Source: Nitrospirota bacterium (GTDB lineage Bacteria; Nitrospirota; Thermodesulfovibrionia; Thermodesulfovibrionales; Dissulfurispiraceae). From it: a DNA stretch of 64,000 bases. Positions within the stretch are counted from its first letter, which is position 1. Each line of letters begins with the position of its first letter. Below are positions 9,260-18,743 of the stretch, piece after piece. The position numbers and the translations under genes were made by a program. The notes beneath the pieces are model-generated. The model was not told where the DNA came from. It saw only the letters and a list, made by a program, of their open reading frames with translations, and searched no databases. The stretch covers positions 128,001-192,000 of the forward strand of contig CAWBMP010000003.1 in assembly GCA_963790025.1 (NCBI GenBank), in the 5' to 3' direction.

Positions 9260-11997
9260 AAGACAAAAAACAATACCGCAGAGACACGGAGACACAGAGA
9301 AAAAGGGCCTTTTACTTTCCTTTTTTTCATTTTCTTTTTTTTCCTCTGTGCCTTTGTGTCTCTGCGGTTGCCTCTGATTCCATTGTTTGTGCTTCAGATA
9401 TTCCCGTGGGTTCTATCAACTCGGTCAAAGTAACAGGACTATCTTCTGTTCCGAAATCTGAACTTCTTGACCTCCTTAATATTGAGAAAGGCGCGGTTCT
9501 TGACATGTCTGCACTGAATTCGGGCATCAAACGTGCTTTTTTGAAAGATATTTTTGATGATATTATTGTTGAAAGCGCGGATCCGGACCGCACTGCGATA
9601 ATTGTGATTGTCAAGGAGAAGCCCGAGATCGCTTCGATTGAGGTAAAAGGAAACGACCATTTTTCGGCTGGTTTTATAAAAAAACAGCTCGGCCTTGATA
9701 CGGGGGAACGTTTAATCCGCGTTAAAATAAAAGAAGGTATTGCAAAAGTCAAAGAAGCAATGAAACAAAGTGGTTTTGTTGACGCCGATGCCGCTTATAC
9801 GATAATGCCGCGCAGGAATAATAAGGTCACCATTGAAATAGCAATTCATGAAGGGCAACCCGAGTTCATCAAGCAAATCATTGTGCCTGCACACGCCGAT
9901 ATAATCAATAAATATTTAACGCTTTCTGAAGGCAATATTTTTGACCGCACGAAAATGGAGACTTTCAAAAGTAAAGTCCTTCAGTATTATAAAAAGGAGA
10001 GTTTTGTCGGCACCTCCCTGTTATACACCTTTAACAGTGGGGTATTGACTATCAATATTGATCCCGGCAAAAAACTCACAGTAACTTTCAGCGGAAATGG
10101 AAAAATTGGATCTGGCGATCTAATGAAAGAAGTGCCTTTTTTTGATATTAACGAGTTCAGCGATGACCTCACAGAAGAGACAATATCAAGGATCATATCT
10201 CTCTATCACCACAATGGTTTCCTTTTAGCCCATGCAGCGCCAGTTGTTTCGGCCGTTGGTGAAGAAATAAAGCTCGATATATTCATATTCGAGGGAGACC
10301 AGTATAAGGTGGGAAAGATAAACTTTGAAGGTGCTACTATCCCTCAAGAGAGGCTGAGGGATATTCTTGTCTCACGAGGAGGCGATTATTACAACCCGGA
10401 CAACCTGGAACAGGATGAGAACAGCCTTACAGATTATTATCGGGCCCTCGGCTATTTGTATATGGAAGTTCATGAGCCGGAGATAGTCATACAGGACAAA
10501 AAGGTCAACATAAAATTTGTGCTTGATGAGAAGAGTCCGGTAAAGATTACGGATATTGCAATATCAGGTGCAAAGTTTATTTCCAATGATGAGCTGATGA
10601 AAGCAATGCCGGTTAAAGTCGGCAGCCCATATAACGAGGTGGATATTTCCGATTCGCGGCGCAAAATCCTTGAACTGTATGGCAATCGCGGTTTCGAGGA
10701 GACAAAAGTTAGTGTTCAGAGGGAAATCTCGGACACTTCGGCACGCATTGCATTTGTTGTGAATGAGGGCAATGAGACGTTTTTCGGCAAGAGTATTATA
10801 GTTGGCAATTATAGGACCAAAAATGAGGTCATCCAGCGGGAGTTCCTCCATAAAATGAACAATCCCTTCGATTACAGCAAGCTGATTCAGGAGAAACAGC
10901 GTCTTTATCGTCTGGGGCTATTCAGTGATGTTGAAGTTGTTCCATCTGAAAAAAGCGACAGTCAAAGAGACGTAATCTATAAATTTAAGGAGGCAGATGC
11001 CGGGGCCGTGGATTTCGGCGTAGGTTACGGGGAGTATGAAAAAATAAGAGGGTTCCTCGGCTTCAGCTACAGGAATTTGTTCGGTTTGGACAGACAGGTA
11101 TCGCTCAGGACTGAAGCAAGCACACTGGAAAAGAGAGTTATTCTTTCGTATACAGAACCGTTTTTTCTCAACAGGGACCTGACATTTAAATCATTGCTCT
11201 TAGCTGAGGATAAAACGGAAAAAAACTTCGATACCGACGTGGTTAGTTATAAACTGACAAGAGAAACAGCAAGTGCTGGTGTAGAAAAAAAACTGGGCGA
11301 TTCAATAAAGGCCGATCTATATTATGATTTTTCGGTAGTAAAGACAAGAGATGTACAGCCTGATATAGTGCTGAGCAGGGAAGATACCGGCTCACTCATC
11401 ATCAGCGGACTGCGTCCGGAATTCATATACGACACCAGGGACAACCCCTTTGACGCAAAGAAAGGAATTCTTGCCGGATTATCATTTAAATTTGCTTCTT
11501 CGGTCTTTTTTTCTCAGACTGATTTCCTTAAGTCCTTGCTTTACGTTAATAAATACATGAGCCTGAGCAAGAGGATTGTACTTGCGGTATCCCTGCGAGG
11601 CGGGGCAGCAGAAGGCCTGAGAAATACGAGTTCACTGCCGATAGTAGAGCGGTTTTTTTTAGGAGGAAGGACAACGGTCAGGGGTTATGACCAGGACACA
11701 TTGGGACCAAAAGGGGCTGACGGAACTCCGCTCGGCGGGAATGCATTTCTTATGGGTAACTTTGAATTGAGAACTGACGTAGGGCGCGGATTCGGCATAG
11801 TTACTTTTGTCGACACTGGTAATGTCTTTGACAAAATACAGGACATGAGCGTGACAGGCCTGAAATACACAACCGGTCTCGGGCTTAGATACAATACTCC
11901 TGTGGGGCCTATAAGGGTCGATTACGGGGTTAAATTAAACAGGCTGAAAGGGGAAAGCTTTGGTGCATTACATTTCAGTATTGGTCAGGCGTTTTAA
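9256..11997 (+). CDS. Omp85-family outer membrane protein (BamA/TamA-like) with multiple POTRA domains
   Basis: Repeated POTRA-like units, VRGY motif (FFLGGRTTVRGY), C-terminal 'TPVGPIRVDYG...FSIGQAF'. Confidence 0.9.
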   Translation: MKDKKQYRRDTETQRKRAFYFPFFHFLFFPLCLCVSAVASDSIVCASDIPVGSINSVKVTGLSSVPKSELLDLLNIEKGAVLDMSALNSGIKRAFLKDIFDDIIVESADPDRTAIIVIVKEKPEIASIEVKGNDHFSAGFIKKQLGLDTGERLIRVKIKEGIAKVKEAMKQSGFVDADAAYTIMPRRNNKVTIEIAIHEGQPEFIKQIIVPAHADIINKYLTLSEGNIFDRTKMETFKSKVLQYYKKESFVGTSLLYTFNSGVLTINIDPGKKLTVTFSGNGKIGSGDLMKEVPFFDINEFSDDLTEETISRIISLYHHNGFLLAHAAPVVSAVGEEIKLDIFIFEGDQYKVGKINFEGATIPQERLRDILVSRGGDYYNPDNLEQDENSLTDYYRALGYLYMEVHEPEIVIQDKKVNIKFVLDEKSPVKITDIAISGAKFISNDELMKAMPVKVGSPYNEVDISDSRRKILELYGNRGFEETKVSVQREISDTSARIAFVVNEGNETFFGKSIIVGNYRTKNEVIQREFLHKMNNPFDYSKLIQEKQRLYRLGLFSDVEVVPSEKSDSQRDVIYKFKEADAGAVDFGVGYGEYEKIRGFLGFSYRNLFGLDRQVSLRTEASTLEKRVILSYTEPFFLNRDLTFKSLLLAEDKTEKNFDTDVVSYKLTRETASAGVEKKLGDSIKADLYYDFSVVKTRDVQPDIVLSREDTGSLIISGLRPEFIYDTRDNPFDAKKGILAGLSFKFASSVFFSQTDFLKSLLYVNKYMSLSKRIVLAVSLRGGAAEGLRNTSSLPIVERFFLGGRTTVRGYDQDTLGPKGADGTPLGGNAFLMGNFELRTDVGRGFGIVTFVDTGNVFDKIQDMSVTGLKYTTGLGLRYNTPVGPIRVDYGVKLNRLKGESFGALHFSIGQAF
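9275..9368. repeat. Imperfect inverted repeat (ACCGCAGAGACACGGAGACACAGAG ... CTCTGTGCCTTTGTGTCTCTGCGGT) inside the 5' end of the Omp85 gene
   Basis: 25-bp arms at 9275-9299 and 9344-9368 are reverse complements with 3 mismatches. Confidence 0.8.
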
Positions 11998-12493
11998 AGC
12001 ATGGCCGGCTGCTTTCTGTTTCTTTCTGGCAATCGGCTGCTTGTCACTTGCTACTTGTGTTTATGCTGAAATCCTTGAAAGGGTGGTGGCTTACGTCAAT
12101 GATAGCGCTATCACTCTTTCCGAGTTCAGGGAAAATGCTCAGGCTACAAGGAAAAAACTGGGCAATGTTTCAGATCTGGATATAATAAATTCGATGATCA
12201 ATAGGCTGCTTCTTGTACAGGAAGCAAAAAAAATGCGGCTTGAAGCCCCTAACACAGATGAACTGGTTCTGGACTATGTTGATATAAAGATAAAATCGTC
12301 GATTATAATAAGTGAAGATGAGATCGAGAGTTTTTACAATGAAAACAGAGATAAGTTCAAGGGGCAGGATTATTTTGCAGTAAGAGATGAAATTGAAAAA
12401 TACCTCTTTGAACTTGAAACTAACAAACGCCTGAAAAAGCACATTGAGGAACTCCGGGCCAAGTCTGAAATAAGCATACAGCTCAATGAGTAA
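11960..12493 (+). CDS. SurA N-terminal-domain periplasmic chaperone-like protein (start uncertain)
   Basis: Signal peptide, then 'EILERVVAYVNDSAITLSE', 'MINRLLLVQEAKK', C-terminal 'IEELRAKSEI'. Confidence 0.75.
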   Translation: MVHYISVLVRRFKAWPAAFCFFLAIGCLSLATCVYAEILERVVAYVNDSAITLSEFRENAQATRKKLGNVSDLDIINSMINRLLLVQEAKKMRLEAPNTDELVLDYVDIKIKSSIIISEDEIESFYNENRDKFKGQDYFAVRDEIEKYLFELETNKRLKKHIEELRAKSEISIQLNE

Positions 12494-12508
12494 ATGAGTT
12501 ATACCTAT

Positions 12509-12967
12509 TCACCCATTCACTGTAATGATAACTGCATGCTCATCGCATTCCGGAAACTTGTGGCATTTAAGGCAATCACCCCATATTTTTTGAGGAAGTT
12601 TGGCTTTATCTATGTCTCTGAATCCCATTTTTTTAAAGAAATCCGGCTGATAGGTGAGAGCAAAAACTTTCTGGATTCCGAGAGCTCTCGCCTCTTTCAG
12701 ACATTTCCTGACAAGTGATTTGCCAATGCCGTGGCGCTGGGATGTTTCTTTGACGGCCAGGGACCGTATTTCTGCAAGGTCCTCCCATAAAATACGGAGA
12801 GCGCACACACCCTTTATTGCACCGTTATGCTCATAGACCATAAAATCTCTGATGCCCTCATATAAATCATTAAGTGCACGGGGCAGCATTTCCTCTTTTT
12901 TCGCAAACTCGTTTACAAATTTATGGATCTGTTTTACGTCAGTTATGGTCGCCTTTCTTATGCTCAA
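12509..12967 (-). CDS. GNAT N-acetyltransferase, short ArgA (N-acetylglutamate synthase) type
   Basis: 'WEDLAEIRSLAV..RHGIG', 'VFALTYQPDFF', 'LPQKIWGDCLKCHKFPECDEHA'. Confidence 0.8.
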   Translation of the reverse strand: MSIRKATITDVKQIHKFVNEFAKKEEMLPRALNDLYEGIRDFMVYEHNGAIKGVCALRILWEDLAEIRSLAVKETSQRHGIGKSLVRKCLKEARALGIQKVFALTYQPDFFKKMGFRDIDKAKLPQKIWGDCLKCHKFPECDEHAVIITVNG

Positions 12968-13544
12968 TGATATCTAATCCTTTTTCAATTAATTGTCTGT
13001 TAATATCTATCATGTTTTTCCTGCTTGTGGGGGTCATATCGTTCAAGGCCCTTACAACCGAAGCAAGTGACAGAATACCCGTAGAAGAAATAAATGCCCC
13101 CATCATTACCATATTGGCCAACTTTGTATTGTTCATTGTTGCCGACAGCATGCTTGCAGGCACGCCCAGCACCTCGATGTTGTTTCCCATATCCACTGCT
13201 TCCCTAATTGCTTTGAGGGATGAAATAGGGGGGGTAAGGTCAGCAAGATCGATAAGAGATGAGTCATATAATAACATTCCGCCTGGGAGGATCTTGCCGG
13301 CAAAACGTTTGCAGGAAGCACTGTTCATTGCAACAAGTATGCGCGGATTTCGGACTACAGGAGAACCGATCATCTCATCAGAAATTATAACAGTACAATT
13401 TGCTGTGCCTCCCCGCATCTCTGCACCATAAGAAGGCATCCATGTGACCTCTTTACCTTCAAGCATTGTAGAATATGCCATAAGCCTGCCGAGAAACAGG
13501 GTTCCCTGTCCGCCAGATCCAGCTATTATGATTGTATGCTCCAT
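12939..13544 (-). CDS. 2-oxoacid:ferredoxin oxidoreductase gamma subunit
   Basis: 'AGSGGQG', 'PSYGAEMRGGTANCTV', 'ANMVMMGA'. Confidence 0.9.
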   Translation of the reverse strand: MEHTIIIAGSGGQGTLFLGRLMAYSTMLEGKEVTWMPSYGAEMRGGTANCTVIISDEMIGSPVVRNPRILVAMNSASCKRFAGKILPGGMLLYDSSLIDLADLTPPISSLKAIREAVDMGNNIEVLGVPASMLSATMNNTKLANMVMMGAFISSTGILSLASVVRALNDMTPTSRKNMIDINRQLIEKGLDIIEHKKGDHN

Positions 13545-13556
13545 CGTTATAAGACT

Positions 13557-14309
13557 CTATGAGCTGTATATATCTTTCAAAATGCCTATTTTATAAACTT
13601 TCATCATTTTATCTCTTACCCATTCAATCGATTTATCAGGCGTAAGACCCCAGTCAGTAGGGCAGGGCGATAGAATCTCAACCATGCTGAATCCTTTCTG
13701 TTCCATTTGGTACGTGAAAGACTTCTCTATCATCTTTTTTGTTTGCAGAAGGTTTTTGACCGAATCAACAGACGTCCTAGCAATAAACGAGACACCGTCA
13801 ATAGTGGCAAGCATCTCGGCGACATGAAGAGGGTGACCTGTTGTCTTAATGTCTCTCCCTTTAGGTGTTGTAGTAGTTTTCTGCTCCGGCAGCGTTGTAG
13901 GCGCCATCTGTCCCCCTGTCATGCCGTAAGTGGCGTTATTGATGAAAAAGACGGATATGTTCTCTCCCCTGTTTGCAGCATGAATGATTTCTGCTGTACC
14001 GATTGCGGCAAGATCGCCATCTCCCTGGTACGAGAAGACGATTCGGTCAGGGAGTGTTCTTTTCATACCGGTAGCTGCAGCGGGAGGTCTGCCGTGAGCA
14101 ACTTCAATCATGTCGAAATCATAATAATCATAGGCAAAAACAGCACAGCCGACCGGAGCCATGCCTATGACTTTCTCTCGGATACCTAGTTCCCCTATTA
14201 CTTCAGCAATAAGCCGGTGGATCAGGCTATGACCGCAGCCGGGGCAGAAACGGAAAGGGGTCTTCTTAAGACTTTTGGGACGCTCAAAGACCTGCTTCAT
14301 AAGCAGCAT
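13557..14309 (-). CDS. 2-oxoacid:ferredoxin oxidoreductase beta (TPP-binding) subunit
   Basis: 'FCPGCGH', 'YQGDGDLAAIG', 'NNATYGMTGGQMAPTT', 'SPCPT'; probable start ATG14300. Confidence 0.9.
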   Translation of the reverse strand: MLLMKQVFERPKSLKKTPFRFCPGCGHSLIHRLIAEVIGELGIREKVIGMAPVGCAVFAYDYYDFDMIEVAHGRPPAAATGMKRTLPDRIVFSYQGDGDLAAIGTAEIIHAANRGENISVFFINNATYGMTGGQMAPTTLPEQKTTTTPKGRDIKTTGHPLHVAEMLATIDGVSFIARTSVDSVKNLLQTKKMIEKSFTYQMEQKGFSMVEILSPCPTDWGLTPDKSIEWVRDKMMKVYKIGILKDIYSS

Positions 14310-15304
14310 TATAACACAGGTAAGGAAGACAGGAGAAGCCCTTCAAGTAATCCATAATCACTTATAGTTAAAGTATCGGCTTTAAGTATTTCCATCACTG
14401 TTATCAGGATAAGAATACCGGGAATTATAATATCAGCTCTCCCCGGTTCAAGCCCTTTTACATTGGTACGATCGCATAATGGCATAGAAGATAAATGTTC
14501 CAGAAGTCTTTTAAGTGAGGCAAAAGACATTCTGTATAAATGGACCTTCTCAGCATCATAAGTATTAAGACCCATATCGATTGCAGCGACTGTAGTAGCG
14601 GTGCCACCGGTTGCAACAAAACTCCTAATGTCATTATTGTGAATCCTGAAACTGATTCCTTCAGTTCGAAAAGACCTGCTAACTGATTCAAATACTTTAT
14701 TTTTAATGTGATCGATTTCTGATTTGGCAGGGGGGTCACTGCGGATAAAACGTTCATACAAGCGAACAGCCCCGATTTGAATACTACCTTTTATAGTGCA
14801 GCAGGTAGAAACCAAAGAGTCTGAGACATCTTTGTCGCTGAGTATCCACTCAGTGCTTCCCCCTCCAATGTCTGTAATAAAGGTTGGGAACTCCGGTGCC
14901 GGATCATATCCCAAAACACCTTTGACGGTCAATTCAGCCTCCATGTCTCCACTTATAATGATTACATCTATGCCTGTTTGTACTTTTACCGCTTCAACGA
15001 AAGCCTCCCTGTTGCCGGCATCGCGTAAGGCGCTCGTGCCGACAGCCACGATCTTTTGTACCTTAAATTTGTCGATTAATGCTTTAAATTGTTTTAGTGA
15101 ACTTATTGAATTATCGATATTATCTTGAATAAGTATGCCCTGTGTATTTAATCCTTGTCCGAGGCGTGTCACTGACCGGCTTGTCTGCAATCGAAATAAC
15201 TTTCCGTTGTCAATGTGTCCAATTAACAATCTTAAAGTGTTAGTGCCAATGTCAATTGCTGCATAAGTTGGTGCAAAAGGGTTGTTAGAGGATTGAGTCG
15301 TCAT
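14309..15304 (-). CDS. ppx: Ppx/GppA family phosphatase (exopolyphosphatase)
   Basis: 'AAIDIGTNTLRL', 'TSALRDAGN', 'DIGGGSTE', 'GRADIIIPG', 'GLLEG'. Confidence 0.9.
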   Translation of the reverse strand: MTTQSSNNPFAPTYAAIDIGTNTLRLLIGHIDNGKLFRLQTSRSVTRLGQGLNTQGILIQDNIDNSISSLKQFKALIDKFKVQKIVAVGTSALRDAGNREAFVEAVKVQTGIDVIIISGDMEAELTVKGVLGYDPAPEFPTFITDIGGGSTEWILSDKDVSDSLVSTCCTIKGSIQIGAVRLYERFIRSDPPAKSEIDHIKNKVFESVSRSFRTEGISFRIHNNDIRSFVATGGTATTVAAIDMGLNTYDAEKVHLYRMSFASLKRLLEHLSSMPLCDRTNVKGLEPGRADIIIPGILILITVMEILKADTLTISDYGLLEGLLLSSLPVL

Positions 15305-17003
15305 GGACTATTTTAAGAATTGTCCCAACAGCATCTTCCACTTTTACTTTAAGTATTTCTCTCGTGCGACGTATTTTTATTTCTATCATGTTATCCTTTA
15401 AATTCTTCTCACCTATAATAATATGTACCGGAATTCCGATAAGGTCAGCGTCTTTGAACTTGACTCCAGGTCTCAACTCACGGTCATCAAGCAAGACATC
15501 TATATTTCTATCCAACATGCTGTTGTAAATCTCTGAAAGATTCTGATAGAGAAATTGGGCTACCTCGATGGTCCTGGAGTCGCTCATATTTAAAGGAATT
15601 ATCTCGAGATCGAAGGGTGAAATAGTTTTCGGCCATATAATGCCGTCTTTATCGTAGTTTTGCTCAATGGCAGCAGCTGCGATCCGTGCAGGCCCAATAC
15701 CGTAACTACCCATTACAAGGGGTTTCTCATTTCCGCTATTGTCGAGATACACCGCATTCAATGCAACAGAATACTTTGTACCCAGTTTGAAGATATTACC
15801 AATCTCTATTACTTTTTCAATATTAATCTTTCTGTTGCATGCAGGGCAGATATCTCCCTCCTTAGCAGTGTGCAGGTCATTCCATTCAGCAGTGAAGTGG
15901 AAGCCAGGTTTAATACCTTTTACATGATAATCCAACTCGTTAGCTCCACTTATATATGTCCCTTCTTTAAGTGACAAGTCAGCAATGATCCGTATGTCAT
16001 GACCCATCGGACCGATGAAACCAGCCTCGATTCCAAGGATGGATAGTACCTCATCTTTCTGGGCGGGCCTGAATTGTCCTATAATGCGTATCATCTTTTT
16101 TTCGTGAAGGTCCTGATCACCGCGAAGCAAAGCGAGTACAGGCTCCTTTTCACTAATGAGCAAAAGACTCTTTATGAAATAGGGTTGTTCTATTCTTAAG
16201 TAATCGGACACCTCTTTGATGGTCTTTTTTTTCGGCGTAAAGACCTTTTCGTACTGCCAATTCTGATTTTCTACCGGAGGGGACACTGTTTTTGCTATTT
16301 CTACATTTGCCGTATAATTACCACACTTATCGCATAGTACTATTTCATCTTCGCCGGCCATGCTCGGGGCCATAAATTCATGGGCAGTTGCACCTCCCAT
16401 CATGCCTGGGTCCGACTCGACCTGATAAAACCTGAGCCCGCATCTATTAAATATTCTGTGATAGGCTTGAGCATGAAGTTCATAGCTCTTTTCCAGGCCT
16501 TCCACATCTGCATCAAAGCTGTAGCTATCTTTCATGACGAATTCTCTGGTCCTCAATACGCCACTTTTAGGCCTTGCCTCATCACGCAGCTTCGTCTGTA
16601 TCTGGTACCATATCTGGGGAAGGTCCCTGTAAGAATGGATTTCTTTAGACGCAAGCCATGTCATAATCTCTTCATGAGTCATTCCCAGGCACATATCCCT
16701 GTTGTTCCTGTCTTTCAAACGAAACATCTCTTCCTTGATAGCATCCCAGCGCCCTGTCTTCTGCCAAATCTCAGCAGGATGCAAGATGGGCATTGTAATC
16801 ATTTGAGCGCCGATCTTATCCATCTCATCCTGTAATATCCTGTTGATTCTATTGAACACTCTCCAGCATAGTGGGAGGAATATGTACAGACCCGCTGCAA
16901 GCTGTCGGACGTATCCCGCACGAAGCATGAGCTTATGGCTGATTGACTCAGCCTCAGATGGAATTTCCCTCATTGTGGGAATAAGCAGTTTAGAATAATG
17001 CAT
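15285..17003 (-). CDS. proS: Proline--tRNA ligase
   Basis: 'SHKLMLRAGY', 'RDEARPKSGVLRTREFVMKDSYSF', INS editing domain, 'EIGNIFKLGTKYS'; SD GGAGGA before ATG17003. Confidence 0.97.
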   Translation of the reverse strand: MHYSKLLIPTMREIPSEAESISHKLMLRAGYVRQLAAGLYIFLPLCWRVFNRINRILQDEMDKIGAQMITMPILHPAEIWQKTGRWDAIKEEMFRLKDRNNRDMCLGMTHEEIMTWLASKEIHSYRDLPQIWYQIQTKLRDEARPKSGVLRTREFVMKDSYSFDADVEGLEKSYELHAQAYHRIFNRCGLRFYQVESDPGMMGGATAHEFMAPSMAGEDEIVLCDKCGNYTANVEIAKTVSPPVENQNWQYEKVFTPKKKTIKEVSDYLRIEQPYFIKSLLLISEKEPVLALLRGDQDLHEKKMIRIIGQFRPAQKDEVLSILGIEAGFIGPMGHDIRIIADLSLKEGTYISGANELDYHVKGIKPGFHFTAEWNDLHTAKEGDICPACNRKINIEKVIEIGNIFKLGTKYSVALNAVYLDNSGNEKPLVMGSYGIGPARIAAAAIEQNYDKDGIIWPKTISPFDLEIIPLNMSDSRTIEVAQFLYQNLSEIYNSMLDRNIDVLLDDRELRPGVKFKDADLIGIPVHIIIGEKNLKDNMIEIKIRRTREILKVKVEDAVGTILKIVHDDSIL

Positions 17004-17303
17004 AATAGGGTCTTCCTCCAAGGGTTTTAAATAAGATCGATACTCTAAACTATATCATTATTTTTCAATGAAAAACAATAGTAACTCATTCTTAAAAAAT
17101 CTTCATAAGCACTTACTTGTCTTTTTTTTAAAAAATGTAATCTCGTCTTTTCAAATAGTTAACTGAAATGTAGGTATTTTGCCCAAATGTGACAGGCATG
17201 TGACGATTTTCTGACATTTTGGAGACATTTAGTTGTCGTATCATAGTGGAAGGACAGAACAACACTGTAACTATTTGTTTTACCTACATTCGATCGGGAC
17301 ATA

Positions 17304-17331
17304 ACTTTACATAATATATCTTATCGGACAT
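17304..17331 (-). other. dif: Chromosomal dif (XerCD recombination) site
   Basis: Minus strand ATGTCCGATAA-GATATA-TTATGTAAAGT: 11-6-11 layout, XerD arm close to TTATGTTAAAT; lies in an AT-rich intergenic gap. Confidence 0.8.
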
Positions 17332-17448
17332 AATAAATAAACAAGGAATGTTGGTAACATGTTATCAACCACGTTAATAATTGTCAGGTAAAAGCGTACT
17401 TGCTGGGTTCTATCTGTGATGTATAAGTTATAGGCAGATATAAAAAGA

Positions 17449-18729
17449 TTAAATGTTAATGGGTTCTCGATAATTATTGGGGATTCCCAGCGCTTGATTA
17501 TTTTTATATCCTGTAACCCTAATATTTATCAAGGTTTCTTGCCTATGATCAAACCCATCGGCCAGCAAAACCTTGATATAATTGGCGCTCGTGCCAACAT
17601 ATCCCTCAAAGCCCTTATTTTCGACTATTATTTCGAGTATCTGATTGTAATGCCTTAATATATAATCCTTTCTTTTGGAATCACCGATACCTTTTAAAAT
17701 ACTAACCCTTTGTTTTTTTAGGTTTTCTGAGATTTGATTATTAAATGAGGCAGCCCTTGTTCCCGGTCTTGACGAGTAAGGGAAAACATGAATATATGAA
17801 AATGGCATCGCCTCAATAAAACTGCGAGTCTTAAGGAAGCTCTCTTCATCCTCCCCTGGAAAACCCACAATTACATCCGTACCAATTGCTATATCAGGGA
17901 ACCTTTTAACAATTACTTGTATTTTACCTGTATAATCCCGTGTAGAATATGTCCTATTCATGCTCTTAAGTATAGAATCATCACTGCTCTGAAGTGGAAT
18001 ATGAAGGTGATTGCAAACTCTTCTATCGCTTATTACATCAAGCAGTTCATCATTTATTTCGTTAATTTCGAGTGAACTAAGCCTTATTCTCTTTATATTT
18101 GTTTCTTTAAGTATTCCTTTCAGTAAAAATGCAAGTGATTTCTTGGGGTCAAAATCAAGACCATAAGTTCCGAGGTGTATCCCGGTGAGGACAACCTCTT
18201 TGTATCCGGACTCATGATAGTTGTCTATTTTACGGATTATATCTTTATAAGATTCACTTCTGGATATTCCCCTTGCCATGGGAATAGTGCAATAACTGCA
18301 GAAATAATTGCATCCATCCTGCACCTTGACAATCGGCCTATGCCTTGAATAACCAGAGATTTTCTGGGGTAGTGCGATATTAATGAAGGAAGTAGTTGAA
18401 TAAGAGCCGAGTAAGTTACTGATAAAACGGACTTTATCGCTATTTTTAATTACATCTATCGTATCTCCAATCAGTTTTATTGAATCTGAATTCAGCTCGG
18501 CGTAACAACCTGTAACTATCACTTTAGCACTGTTTCTTAATGCCTTATGTATCAATTGTCTTGATTGCTGGTCTGCCTTGGCAGTTACCGCGCACGTATT
18601 AATGATACACAAATCAGGAGATTCAGAAATAGTGACTATATCATGACCGGCGCACTTCAACGCGCCTTCAATACTAAGGCTTTCGGCCTGATTAGTTCTG
18701 CACCCGAGAGTTACAATAGATACCTTCAT
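17449..18729 (-). CDS. mtaB: tRNA t6A37 methylthiotransferase MtaB
   Basis: 'TLGCRTNQAES', 'INTCAVT', 'KVQDGCNYFCSYC', 'VVLTGIHLG', 'HVFPYSSRPGT'. Confidence 0.92.
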   Translation of the reverse strand: MKVSIVTLGCRTNQAESLSIEGALKCAGHDIVTISESPDLCIINTCAVTAKADQQSRQLIHKALRNSAKVIVTGCYAELNSDSIKLIGDTIDVIKNSDKVRFISNLLGSYSTTSFINIALPQKISGYSRHRPIVKVQDGCNYFCSYCTIPMARGISRSESYKDIIRKIDNYHESGYKEVVLTGIHLGTYGLDFDPKKSLAFLLKGILKETNIKRIRLSSLEINEINDELLDVISDRRVCNHLHIPLQSSDDSILKSMNRTYSTRDYTGKIQVIVKRFPDIAIGTDVIVGFPGEDEESFLKTRSFIEAMPFSYIHVFPYSSRPGTRAASFNNQISENLKKQRVSILKGIGDSKRKDYILRHYNQILEIIVENKGFEGYVGTSANYIKVLLADGFDHRQETLINIRVTGYKNNQALGIPNNYREPINI

Positions 18730-18743
18730 GTAATTATTTAAAA

